The translations under genes and the position numbers were made by a program. The notes under the pieces are model-generated. The model did not search any database. It saw only the letters and a list, made by a program, of their open reading frames with translations, and had not been told where the DNA came from. DNA of 64,000 nt from a bacterium (GTDB lineage: Bacteria > Fidelibacterota > Fidelibacteria > Fidelibacterales > Fidelibacteraceae), in NCBI GenBank assembly GCA_963676395.1, contig OY781066.1, positions 480,001-544,000 of the forward strand, in the 5' to 3' direction. Below are positions 51,461 to 60,916 of this stretch, piece after piece. Positions within the stretch are counted from its first letter, which is position 1; every line of letters begins with the position of its first letter.

Positions 51461-53545
51461 TTATAAGCGTTGTGGTCTCGGTCTTCCGGGGCTCTTCATT
51501 CTTCTGAACAGCAGGTGTTCTTTACGTTTAAGTTCATTGTCGCCATCTGCTCTGTTAACATAGAGAGATGAGTCAATATTAATATCCTCAGTTTTAATGC
51601 TGTCACCTGCCAAGAATGCAAGATAGTCGGAGATATCGGTTTCAATCGCAGAAATGCGGTGTGCGCTGCGACTGGCCAATTTCGACCCGGGATGCTCATC
51701 TTTGACGATATGATAATACTTTAAGGTACTATCTTGTGTATTTTCATCGCGACTTAATTCATTATCGTATAACCAAGCGATCTTATAAGCTACCAAGGCA
51801 TGATTTTTGTTATCAATATCATCACTGTTCAAAAGTGATTTTAATTCTTGTACACCTATACTGTAATCTTCATTATCTAGGTAAGTCATTTCTATGTCAA
51901 AAATCTTTTCCTGATTACTATAATATTTAACAGAATCACTGGGAACTCTACCTAAAATATTGTTCGAGATATTTGATTCGGGAAATTTCTCTATCAACTC
52001 TGCTTTTATACTATCAGCTATCGTTTTATTCCCCAATTCATGCTCCCATACATATGCCTGTGAATATAAAGCCAAAGGAATGTCTTGAGTAAAATAATAA
52101 TCGTTTTCAATTCTTTCATAAATGCTCAAGGCAGTATCTTTCATAGACAGATCAAACAAAAAATATCCTGCCAATGTATTGAGGTACCCTACATACTGAT
52201 TGGCACTCTCCACATATTTATTCATGGCCTCATCATAACGATAATAGCGTTTATTCACTACCGCTTTAATAGAATCGATCTGTAAACTATCTGCATTCAA
52301 TGTATCAGCATAGACTAATTCTCTTCTTTGTGCCTCACTATCGGTGGAGTCTTTAAGTATTTCATATTCCAACCATGCAGAATCTGCAAGTGCGGGTGTC
52401 GATTTAAGAATAGAAGTTAAAGCACTTTCTGTTTTTTGCAGCAACTTGATCCTACTTTCCATTTTTACTGCTTCTTCTCCCTCTTTAGCCTGATGTTTTT
52501 TCAACTTAGCCTGATTAAAGAAGTATTGCGCAGAATCAAGGTTCACATCATTGTATAAATAATACTCACCTAATCTATAAGCAGATTTTACCCAGGCTTG
52601 AGAATCTTTATTATTTTTATATATGCGATCCTTTACCACATTTCGCAATAGTCTTGAAGCTTCTGTACCTTCGCCATTCGAAAAATAAATATTAGCTTCT
52701 TCATAAATGAGATCACCCCAATACTGAGAGATACGGGCATCAGCCTTAGCTTCTTCAATAACCTTCAATGCATTTTGTTTGCTACCCTGCATTCTATAGA
52801 TACGTGTGTACATAATCTGAACGCGGGCACGCTGTTCATCAAATTTAATATTTCTGTTTGCTTTTTGAGCCAACTTCAAAGCCTCATCATAATTGGCATT
52901 TTCTAACAATAATTCCGCAGCCTCCAAATACATATTACAACGATCTTCTTTTGTAGATGCCTGTTCAGCTGATCGTTTGAATGCATCCAATGCTTTTTCT
53001 TTATTATCTTCCTGTAAAGCAAGAAAGCCTATCAAAGAGTATGCATCGGAGAAATATTCTTTATTTTTTGTATTCGCTAGAAACTGCTCCAAAAGATCAT
53101 AAGCAATGGTTTTTTTATCCATTTCAAAAAATACTTTAGATCTCCATAATTTAGATTCAAAATAATAAGGACTGTCAGGATACCTTAAAGTCAACTCTTC
53201 GAGACCGTCCAAGGCCTGTTTATATCGTTGCAATTCAAATTGACAAATGGCATTCATAAACATACAATCGTCAATAAATGATGAGGTCGGAAACTTACGC
53301 ATAACCAACTCAGCCTGCTTACTGGCTTTATTTAAGGCTGCGCGTGTATCTGTAGAAAGCTTGGTTTTATCCTCTTCATTTTCATACAACTCCTGAGCCT
53401 CATTATAATACACTTTAGCATTATAGTAGGTATTAAAATAGGCCAAAATATCAGCTCCTGCGCGTGTAAAGAAATTATCTTTTGCGGCAAATGCCGAAAG
53501 GGGGATCAGCAATGATAAGAGAATAATGATTTTTTTCATGTCCAT
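51461..53545 (-). CDS. Exported tetratricopeptide-repeat protein, SprE/PorW-like
   Basis: Signal peptide; YFNTYYNA N-terminal motif, FPTSSFIDD, multiple TPR units (YPDSPY, FPESN, HPGSK). Confidence 0.65.
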   Translation of the reverse strand: MDMKKIIILLSLLIPLSAFAAKDNFFTRAGADILAYFNTYYNAKVYYNEAQELYENEEDKTKLSTDTRAALNKASKQAELVMRKFPTSSFIDDCMFMNAICQFELQRYKQALDGLEELTLRYPDSPYYFESKLWRSKVFFEMDKKTIAYDLLEQFLANTKNKEYFSDAYSLIGFLALQEDNKEKALDAFKRSAEQASTKEDRCNMYLEAAELLLENANYDEALKLAQKANRNIKFDEQRARVQIMYTRIYRMQGSKQNALKVIEEAKADARISQYWGDLIYEEANIYFSNGEGTEASRLLRNVVKDRIYKNNKDSQAWVKSAYRLGEYYLYNDVNLDSAQYFFNQAKLKKHQAKEGEEAVKMESRIKLLQKTESALTSILKSTPALADSAWLEYEILKDSTDSEAQRRELVYADTLNADSLQIDSIKAVVNKRYYRYDEAMNKYVESANQYVGYLNTLAGYFLFDLSMKDTALSIYERIENDYYFTQDIPLALYSQAYVWEHELGNKTIADSIKAELIEKFPESNISNNILGRVPSDSVKYYSNQEKIFDIEMTYLDNEDYSIGVQELKSLLNSDDIDNKNHALVAYKIAWLYDNELSRDENTQDSTLKYYHIVKDEHPGSKLASRSAHRISAIETDISDYLAFLAGDSIKTEDINIDSSLYVNRADGDNELKRKEHLLFRRMKSPGRPRPQRL

Positions 53546-53683
53546 TGATCGCTATAATTTTATAAATGTTCCAATATCGGGAATAAAATACGAATTACAA
53601 TTCGTGTTACATAATAGTTTTAGATGATTTATGAATAAATGATACAGAGACGCAAAAATTCGCGTCTCTATAAAATAAATATA

Positions 53684-55591
53684 TTATTTTTCCTGAAGCT
53701 TCTTCAACCGTTTTAATGCGTCCTGACCGCTCTTAATAATATCATCTTCAACTTGCTTTGAAAAATCACCATCTTCTTTCCACTTGGCAAGCTCTTCGGC
53801 TTCGAGTTGAGTATAAGCGATCTTACCTACTTTGGTCAATGGGAATTCTTTACGAAATTCAACAAACTGGGGACAACTCCAGCTATTGATCCTGCCTTTA
53901 CAATAATCTTTAATCTCTTCTGCCAATTCCGGTGAAGGTTCAACATCATCTTCAAGTATAATAAAGGCCTTAATCACGTTGATCTTATAGGGATCCGGCA
54001 CACCGATGGCACAGGAAGATTTCACGGAGGGATGCGCATCAAGGCAGTGTTCAATTTCAGGTGGAAAAACTCCAATTCCGGATACCTTTACCATTCGCTT
54101 TATGCGCAAACGAAAAAATAAATAACCATCTTTATCCATATAACCCATATCTCCCGTATGTAACCAGGTAAGACCGTCTTTATGCTTTCTTAAAACTTCA
54201 GCGGTTTCCTCTGGCTCATCCAGATAACCTAACATCATAGTTGGGCCGGTGGCACAAATTTCACCATCTTCTCCCGCTGCCACTTCATTGATGGTGCCGG
54301 GCTCAACAATCTTAACGCTCATACTGGAAATGGGAACACCAACAGAGCCATCACGATCATTTCCCGAAGGTATTAAGGCATGACCGGTTACAGTTTCGGT
54401 TAAACCGTAACCTTCTCTGATCTTCGCTTTAGATCCGCCTTGTTTTAATACCTTATTAAACTTATCACGTACCGGTTTGGGCATTTTATCCGCGCCCACA
54501 AACACACCGATCAAATTTGAGAGATCAGATTTATATAATTTTTTATTCCGAAGCATAGCTTCATATAATGTCGGAACACCTGCAATAATATTGGGACAAT
54601 TCCGTTGGATCTGTTTGACCACTATATCACCATCAAACTTCGGCACCAAACGACTTGTACCACCATGCATCAAGATAGTATGCACACATATCCCCAAACC
54701 AAAGCCATGGAATACGGGCAAAATAGCCAGTATCACCGTACCCGGCTTAAAATCACCATCCAATTGCAAAATCATTTGCTCACCTAAAGCATTAAAGTTG
54801 CGACTAGTGAGCATTATACCCTTTGATCGACCTGTTGTACCGCCACTATAAAGAATCACAGACATTTCATCAGGATCCACTTCCACTTCAGGTGCCGGTT
54901 GCGATTTGGTTTTCATGAAATCCTGCCAATGTAAAACATAGGGATCATCATTTGGCACTTTAGGGATTTTTCGACCGGTGGTAAAATTAAAAACCTGCGT
55001 TTTTACTTCATTCAAATAGTCGGGAATACGCGTTAACAAAAGAGTTTCGGCTTCCACTTTAGCCATAATTGATGCAAAACGACTATAAAATGCATCGAGA
55101 GCGATCGCCCATTTCGATTTAGAGATATTCATAAAATATTCTATTTCGCTAGAGGTAGATAGTGGGTGAATTTCTGAAACGATCGCACCAATTTTATTCA
55201 GCGCATAAAAGGTGATTAATGCCTGGGGTATATTCGGCAAACAAATTGTAACTCTGTCACCCTTGCGCATTCCTCGTGCCCAAAAGGCATCGGCACATTT
55301 ATCAATATCTTTTAGAAATACTTTGAATGTACATTTTTCTCCAAGAAATTCATACGCATTGATCTTTGGGTAATTATAGGCTGCCCGGCGGATCGTTTCA
55401 TATAAAGATTCATCCCGTGTAACAATTTCGGCAGGAACCCGTTTATGATATTGTTTTAACCACGGTTTTTTTGCGCTAAGACTTTTCTTGTTAGATTTAC
55501 TTGTAGGCTTTGGATCTTTACTTTGTTTTTTCTCGGTCTTTACAACTTTCCTATCTGCTTTTTTCTTTACAGATACTTCACTCTTAGGCAT
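53684..55591 (-). CDS. Long-chain fatty acid-CoA ligase (AMP-binding)
   Basis: YSGGTTGRSKG, EGYGLTE, WLHTGDMG, FPLTKVGK; start MPKSE with GGAGG RBS. Confidence 0.9.
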   Translation of the reverse strand: MPKSEVSVKKKADRKVVKTEKKQSKDPKPTSKSNKKSLSAKKPWLKQYHKRVPAEIVTRDESLYETIRRAAYNYPKINAYEFLGEKCTFKVFLKDIDKCADAFWARGMRKGDRVTICLPNIPQALITFYALNKIGAIVSEIHPLSTSSEIEYFMNISKSKWAIALDAFYSRFASIMAKVEAETLLLTRIPDYLNEVKTQVFNFTTGRKIPKVPNDDPYVLHWQDFMKTKSQPAPEVEVDPDEMSVILYSGGTTGRSKGIMLTSRNFNALGEQMILQLDGDFKPGTVILAILPVFHGFGLGICVHTILMHGGTSRLVPKFDGDIVVKQIQRNCPNIIAGVPTLYEAMLRNKKLYKSDLSNLIGVFVGADKMPKPVRDKFNKVLKQGGSKAKIREGYGLTETVTGHALIPSGNDRDGSVGVPISSMSVKIVEPGTINEVAAGEDGEICATGPTMMLGYLDEPEETAEVLRKHKDGLTWLHTGDMGYMDKDGYLFFRLRIKRMVKVSGIGVFPPEIEHCLDAHPSVKSSCAIGVPDPYKINVIKAFIILEDDVEPSPELAEEIKDYCKGRINSWSCPQFVEFRKEFPLTKVGKIAYTQLEAEELAKWKEDGDFSKQVEDDIIKSGQDALKRLKKLQEK

Positions 55592-55636
55592 AATTCCCTC
55601 CCGGAAGAGCATGATCTTCCTTATTTGCGTATGTAC

Positions 55637-56167
55637 TTAGAGTATAAAATTGTTTACAATAACGATTGCAAGAATACCTGTTCCGCAGCCATAGAATATG
55701 CCACCGACAATATCAGAAGGATAATGAACACCTAAATAGATCCTGGATATTCCCACAAGAAATGCAAATATAAAAAGTGGGATGGTTAGGAAAGGTGTAA
55801 AATATGATATAAAGGTTGCAACTAAAAAAGCCACCGAAGTGTGCCCGGAGGGAAAGGAAAACTCATCAATGGGATACACAACATTCTCAATATCGGAATG
55901 GGCATTAAAAGGTCTCACTCGACGAATAGTATGTTTTAACAAAAAATATATCGGGAATTCAATAGCAAAAGCTACGATCGTGGTCCAAAGTGCAGGCTTA
56001 AATAACTCTGGATGTTTCCAGTGAATAAACACAAGAAAAAGGAGATAAAAGTAACCATCTCCAATAAAAGAGATCACACGAAAAAATATCGGCAGAAATG
56101 AATCACGCCGAAAGTTAAAGATTGCTCTAAAGAGCTTTAGATCAAGTTCACTTACTTTTGCTTTCAT
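55637..56167 (-). CDS. PAP2-family membrane phosphatase
   Basis: KHTIRRVRP, SFPSGH, SRIYLGVHYPSD. Confidence 0.93.
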   Translation of the reverse strand: MKAKVSELDLKLFRAIFNFRRDSFLPIFFRVISFIGDGYFYLLFLVFIHWKHPELFKPALWTTIVAFAIEFPIYFLLKHTIRRVRPFNAHSDIENVVYPIDEFSFPSGHTSVAFLVATFISYFTPFLTIPLFIFAFLVGISRIYLGVHYPSDIVGGIFYGCGTGILAIVIVNNFIL

Positions 56168-56816
56168 GCTTTCTCAAAGGGACAAAATGTACATCTGTGA
56201 TGACTTTCCCTTTCCATTCTCCCTTTATTTGCTCGTATAATACTAATAATTGATCGAATTTACCAACAGGTAATATAAGTTTTCCACTTGGTTTTAATTG
56301 ATCCAACAAATTCTCCGGTAAACTTTCCGGCGCTGCCGAAAGGATAATGGCATCATAGGGTGCTTTGGTCTTATGACCGTTGTACCCATCTTTGCAAAAG
56401 ATCTCAACATTATCAATTTTCAGTTTTTGAATGACTTTCTTACTACGTTCAGCAAGGTCTTTTTCCAGCTCTATACCGGTAACCTTTTTTACAAGTAAAG
56501 ATAATAATGCGGTAACATAACCGGATCCCGAACCTATCTCCATTACGTTATCACTTTGCTTTAACTTAAGTGTCTCAAGCATCAAGGCAACCACATAGGG
56601 CTGCGAAATGGTTTGACCGCACCCAATGGGTACAGCCTGATCACGATAGGACTTCTCATAAGCTTCTTCGGGTAAAAACTCATGTCGTGGAATACATAAG
56701 AAAGCATCAAGTAAACGCTTATCTTTAATCTCATACTCTTTCAGTAATTTGACCATTTTTTCACGTTTAGTGTATTTACCGAATTCCGCATAGCGAGAGG
56801 TATTGATTTTTTTCAT
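56148..56816 (-). CDS. pcm: Protein-L-isoaspartate O-methyltransferase
   Basis: PRHEF, GQTISQP, EIGSGSGY, APYDAII, FVPL. Confidence 0.95.
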   Translation of the reverse strand: MKKINTSRYAEFGKYTKREKMVKLLKEYEIKDKRLLDAFLCIPRHEFLPEEAYEKSYRDQAVPIGCGQTISQPYVVALMLETLKLKQSDNVMEIGSGSGYVTALLSLLVKKVTGIELEKDLAERSKKVIQKLKIDNVEIFCKDGYNGHKTKAPYDAIILSAAPESLPENLLDQLKPSGKLILPVGKFDQLLVLYEQIKGEWKGKVITDVHFVPLRKHESKSK

Positions 56817-56948
56817 AATTACTTAATGTTAGATGTAAAAGTGTATGATTTAAAATGTAAGGTTATAGGTTATAAAAGGTTTGACATGTATATTTTTTCC
56901 CTTACAAACGATATGAACTAACTACAAAAAAAGGGAGGAGAAAAAATG

Positions 56949-57683
56949 TTAAGATTTGTTTTCCGGTCGTCTGTGATTTTTATTGGCGGGTTTTCTCTGA
57001 TAAGATTTTTCAACCCGAATGATATGTCCCTTATTCATGACCAGAGTAATATCAACAAGACGATGGCGATTCAAAGATTGAGCTGAGGCAAGCACCAAAG
57101 TCTTATTATCTTGTTTTATGCTTTTCTTTAACATAGAGACATATTTTTTTACAAAACCTTCATCCAGAGATTCAAAACAAGGATCATCAATAATGATCAC
57201 TTTTGAATCTTTTAAAAATACCGTAAGTAAACTAATTTTTCTACGGGTTCCGGGTGAAAGTTCTGACATTTTTCTGTTTGCAATTTCGGATAGTGCAAAC
57301 TCATCCATTAATTCCATCACCGTGCGATAAGCAAGAGGTGAAGATAATCTTTTTGCCTTTACGGCATTTAACAATGTAGCCAAAGGAGTCTTTTTAAATA
57401 TATTTTCTCCTTGGCGAACATATGAAATTAAATTTTTAACGATCTTTGTTGAATACTGTTTTTTAGCCAATGATTTACCTTCAAAATAAATCGTACCTTC
57501 ATTGAGCTTGGCTTCATGAGCAAAAACATCTAAAAGAGTTGATTTTCCGGCACCATTGGGGCCCTGGATCTGATAAATAATTCCCGGGAAAAGTGTCGAT
57601 GTATATATCTCGATCGTTTCATGCGGCTTTTTAACTTTAATATTTTCAAGTTTTAGCAGCGGGGTTTGTTCAGTCATAGTCAT
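56949..57683 (-). CDS. Degenerate ABC-type ATP-binding protein
   Basis: Walker A GPNGAGKS; signature LSPGT; Walker B IIIDD; no H-loop His. Confidence 0.8.
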   Translation of the reverse strand: MTMTEQTPLLKLENIKVKKPHETIEIYTSTLFPGIIYQIQGPNGAGKSTLLDVFAHEAKLNEGTIYFEGKSLAKKQYSTKIVKNLISYVRQGENIFKKTPLATLLNAVKAKRLSSPLAYRTVMELMDEFALSEIANRKMSELSPGTRRKISLLTVFLKDSKVIIIDDPCFESLDEGFVKKYVSMLKKSIKQDNKTLVLASAQSLNRHRLVDITLVMNKGHIIRVEKSYQRKPANKNHRRPENKS

Positions 57684-57822
57684 TACCTTTCAAGGTATTC
57701 TCCTCCCTAATTTTCAAAAAGCACCCTAAAATACACTGGAATGTCGGAAAATGAAAGCGTAATTCGATCATTCGGCTATTCTCTTCTTCACTTGTTCTAG
57801 CATCAGGCTATTTACCTATCTT

Positions 57823-57843
57823 AATTGAGATTTATTCTCAATT
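57823..57843. promoter_or_regulatory. Putative Fur box upstream of feoA
   Basis: AATTGAGA-TTTAT-TCTCAATT inverted repeat with TGAnAAT-n-ATTnTCA-like core, 40 nt upstream of feoA. Confidence 0.75.
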
Positions 57844-57883
57844 CCCCTTTGAAAATGTAAAATTATTCACTATTATTTGCCTT

Positions 57884-58270
57884 ATGGAAAATGAACACAC
57901 AAAATCAGATATTATTTCACTCAGTCAAGCCGAGATCGGTAAACGCTACCAGGTAGTATCAGTTAAAACGAAAAGTGCCGTACATCAGCGTATGTTGGAT
58001 ATGGGACTTGTACCGGGAGTCAAACTTTGGGTTGTTCGTTTTGCCCCTCTAGGCGATCCTATAGAAATCCGGATAAGGCACTTCTTAATGAGCCTGCGAA
58101 AAGATGAAGCGGAAGGTGTTGACGTTGTAGATTTGGGTTATCATCACAATCATCATCACATGAAAAAAAAATGTGATGATTGTCATGGGAAACGGGGCCG
58201 AGGTCGGGGACAAGGTCGTAATCATAATTGGCTAAGACATCATAGGTGGAAAAAAGAAGATAATGAATAA
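57884..58270 (+). CDS. feoA: Ferrous iron transport protein A with His/Cys/Arg-Gly-rich tail
   Basis: RMLDMGLVPG, RFAPLGDPIEI, SLRKDEA. Confidence 0.93.
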   Translation: MENEHTKSDIISLSQAEIGKRYQVVSVKTKSAVHQRMLDMGLVPGVKLWVVRFAPLGDPIEIRIRHFLMSLRKDEAEGVDVVDLGYHHNHHHMKKKCDDCHGKRGRGRGQGRNHNWLRHHRWKKEDNE

Positions 58271-60371
58271 AACCATTCATGTTGCACTTGCGGGAAATCC
58301 CAATTCGGGGAAAACATCAATATTTAATGCTCTCGCGGGCACCAATCAAAAAGTCGGAAACTTCTCAGGAGTCACGGTAGAAAAAGTTGAAGGATCTTTT
58401 AAATATAAAGATTATACGATCCGATTGATCGATCTGCCCGGCACATATAGCTTATCCCCCTACAGTCCGGAAGAAAAAGTTGCTCGTGATTATATTATAA
58501 ATGAGAAACCCGATATGGTCGTTAACATTGTTGACGCTACCAATTTGGAACGTAATCTTGTTCTCACCACTCAACTAATGGATTTGGAAGTCGAACTCCT
58601 TGTTGTCATGAACATGTTCGATGAAATAAAAAAACAAAACATCCACATAGATCTGAATCAATTTGAGCAATTGTTCGGCGCTCATGTCATTCCTGCCTCT
58701 GCAGTTACAAAAGAAGGTATCGAGGATCTTCTGGAGCATATTATCCAGATCAAGGCCGGTGAGATCGAGACTAAAAAATATAAACATACCTACACTGAAA
58801 ATATTGAAAATGATATTGTTGAATTATCTCAACTCATTGAAGATAGAAAGATCTCACAAAATTTGCCTACACGTTGGATGGCGATCAAAATAATTGAAAA
58901 TGATAAAGATGTGGTTAAAATTCTATCCTCCCACCCCTGTTGGCGGGAAATAGAAGAAAAATATCATACCATTAAATATCGAATATATAAGCTTCATCAA
59001 GGGAAAGAACCCAATGTATATTTAAGTGAAGAACGCATAGCTTTTATCAATGGCGCCATTCATGAAACAGTTACTTTCCCAGAAGATGAGCCTGAATCAC
59101 TCACCGAAAAGATTGATAATGTTTTACTCCATCGTTTTTTAGGTTTACCTATCTTTCTTCTGGTCATGTATACCATTTTTCAGTTGACCTTCCGCCTTGG
59201 CGAGTATCCCATGCAATGGATCGATGGACTATTTCAGGCCCTGACACTTTGGCTGGATAAGATTATTCCGGCATCTATGTTCAAATCCATCTTACTTGAT
59301 GGTATTATCGCCGGTGTTGGTGGTGTATTGGTATTCTTGCCTAACATCCTGATACTGTTTTTATGTATTTCAATACTTGAAGCCACGGGTTATATGGCTC
59401 GCGTTGCCTTTGTAGTCGATAAACTCATGCATCGCATTGGCTTACACGGAAAATCTTTCATCCCCATGATCACAGGTTTTGGCTGCACCGTACCGGCGAT
59501 CATGGCCGCTAGAACACTCCGGAACAAGGGTGACAGGCTTACGACCATGATGGTGGTTCCTTTCTTTTCCTGTGGTGCAAAGCTTCCGGTATATACTGTA
59601 ATCATTTCAGCGTTTTTTGCTCCGGCTATCGCCGGGAATGTCCTGTTCGGTATCTACTTGTTCGGTGTATTTATTGGATTACTTTCGGCAAAGCTCCTAC
59701 GTAAAGCAGCATTTAAAGATGAATCTGAGCCTTTCGTAATGGAACTACCCCCATATCGAAAACCCTCGGGTAGCTCTATGGTCAAACAAACCTGGAATCG
59801 CGCACGAATGTACATTCGCAAAGCGGGAACGGTCATACTTCTTGCCAGTATTATTATTTGGTTTGCTGGTACCTATCCCAAGCAAATAGATGTGACAAAA
59901 AAATATGAAAGATTACAAAGCGTAGAAAATATAGATCTTGATTCACTTGCAAGGCTAGAGCGTGCAGAACAACTCCCCTATTCAATAGCCGGAAGATTGG
60001 GAAACGCTCTTGAACCGCTTATGAGACCTTTGGGGTTTGATTGGCGTTTAAATATTGCTTTGATAAATGGATTAGCGGCTAAAGAGATCGTTGTTTCCAC
60101 CATGGGAACAATATTTGCCATCGGTGATACAGAAGAAGATAGTCACACACTTGCAGAATCACTTCGAAATGATCCTGCATACTCGCAAGCTGTAGGTTTA
60201 TCGTTCATGGTCTTTGTCCTACTCTATATTCCTTGTATCGCCTCAGTTGCCGTTTTCCGCTCGGAAAGCAATTCAAGAAAATGGACATTTATTTTTGTTG
60301 CATATACTATAACTGTCGCTTGGATAGCGTCCTTTGCTGTATTCAATATCGCAAAACTCTTTGGATTATAA
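58263..60371 (+). CDS. feoB: Ferrous iron transport protein B
   Basis: GNPNSGKT, GVTVE, DLPG, NMFD, GFGCTVPA, CGAKLPVY, AKEIVV, LYIPC. Confidence 0.97.
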   Translation: MNKTIHVALAGNPNSGKTSIFNALAGTNQKVGNFSGVTVEKVEGSFKYKDYTIRLIDLPGTYSLSPYSPEEKVARDYIINEKPDMVVNIVDATNLERNLVLTTQLMDLEVELLVVMNMFDEIKKQNIHIDLNQFEQLFGAHVIPASAVTKEGIEDLLEHIIQIKAGEIETKKYKHTYTENIENDIVELSQLIEDRKISQNLPTRWMAIKIIENDKDVVKILSSHPCWREIEEKYHTIKYRIYKLHQGKEPNVYLSEERIAFINGAIHETVTFPEDEPESLTEKIDNVLLHRFLGLPIFLLVMYTIFQLTFRLGEYPMQWIDGLFQALTLWLDKIIPASMFKSILLDGIIAGVGGVLVFLPNILILFLCISILEATGYMARVAFVVDKLMHRIGLHGKSFIPMITGFGCTVPAIMAARTLRNKGDRLTTMMVVPFFSCGAKLPVYTVIISAFFAPAIAGNVLFGIYLFGVFIGLLSAKLLRKAAFKDESEPFVMELPPYRKPSGSSMVKQTWNRARMYIRKAGTVILLASIIIWFAGTYPKQIDVTKKYERLQSVENIDLDSLARLERAEQLPYSIAGRLGNALEPLMRPLGFDWRLNIALINGLAAKEIVVSTMGTIFAIGDTEEDSHTLAESLRNDPAYSQAVGLSFMVFVLLYIPCIASVAVFRSESNSRKWTFIFVAYTITVAWIASFAVFNIAKLFGL

Positions 60372-60372
60372 T

Positions 60373-60801
60373 ATGGATCACAAAAAATTTAAATCTCATT
60401 TTCAGGAATTTTTACGTTCTAAACGTAAAAATATTACTCCTGAGCGCATGGATATTCTTGCTGAAGTATTAAAACAAGAAAGTCATTTCAAAATTGATGA
60501 CATTATTGGAAAAATGGCCGAAGCAAAAAAACCGGTATCGCGTGCTACCGTTTATCGCACGATCAAAACAATTGAAGAAGCCGGACTAATCAAGTATATC
60601 CATAGCATAAACGACGAGAAATTTTATGAAGTCGAAGAAGATCATCACGACCACATGATCTGTGAGATATGCGGTAAGTTCATTGAATTTCATAATGACG
60701 AACTTGAAGCACTTCAAACCAGCATATGTAAATCCAAGGGATTTAAACCTTCTCGCCATACTATGAAAATCTTTGGAGTCTGCAAGAATTGTGATCAGTA
60801 A
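60373..60801 (+). CDS. fur: Fur-family transcriptional repressor
   Basis: TPER, SRATVYRT, HHDHMICEICG, CKNC; start at MDHKK directly after the feoB stop. Confidence 0.88.
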   Translation: MDHKKFKSHFQEFLRSKRKNITPERMDILAEVLKQESHFKIDDIIGKMAEAKKPVSRATVYRTIKTIEEAGLIKYIHSINDEKFYEVEEDHHDHMICEICGKFIEFHNDELEALQTSICKSKGFKPSRHTMKIFGVCKNCDQ

Positions 60802-60869
60802 TTCGTGGCATGAGGAATAAAGTCAATAATTTGAACAGCCCCTAAGTCATTCTCTTTTTATTTACCTAT

Positions 60870-60899
60870 AAAAAAAGCGGACCAATCGGTCCGCTCTAC
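60870..60899 (-). terminator. Intrinsic terminator (GTAG-headed palindrome)
   Basis: Minus: GTAG-AGCGGACC-GATT-GGTCCGCT-TTTTTT. Confidence 0.8.
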
Positions 60900-60916
60900 T
60901 TTGTTACTTTAACTTT

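Noticed and set aside
58172..58186. CDDCH in FeoA as a c-type cytochrome site
   Set aside because: FeoA is cytoplasmic with no signal peptide, so covalent heme attachment by Ccm/Ccs is unlikely; kept only as a metal-binding candidate
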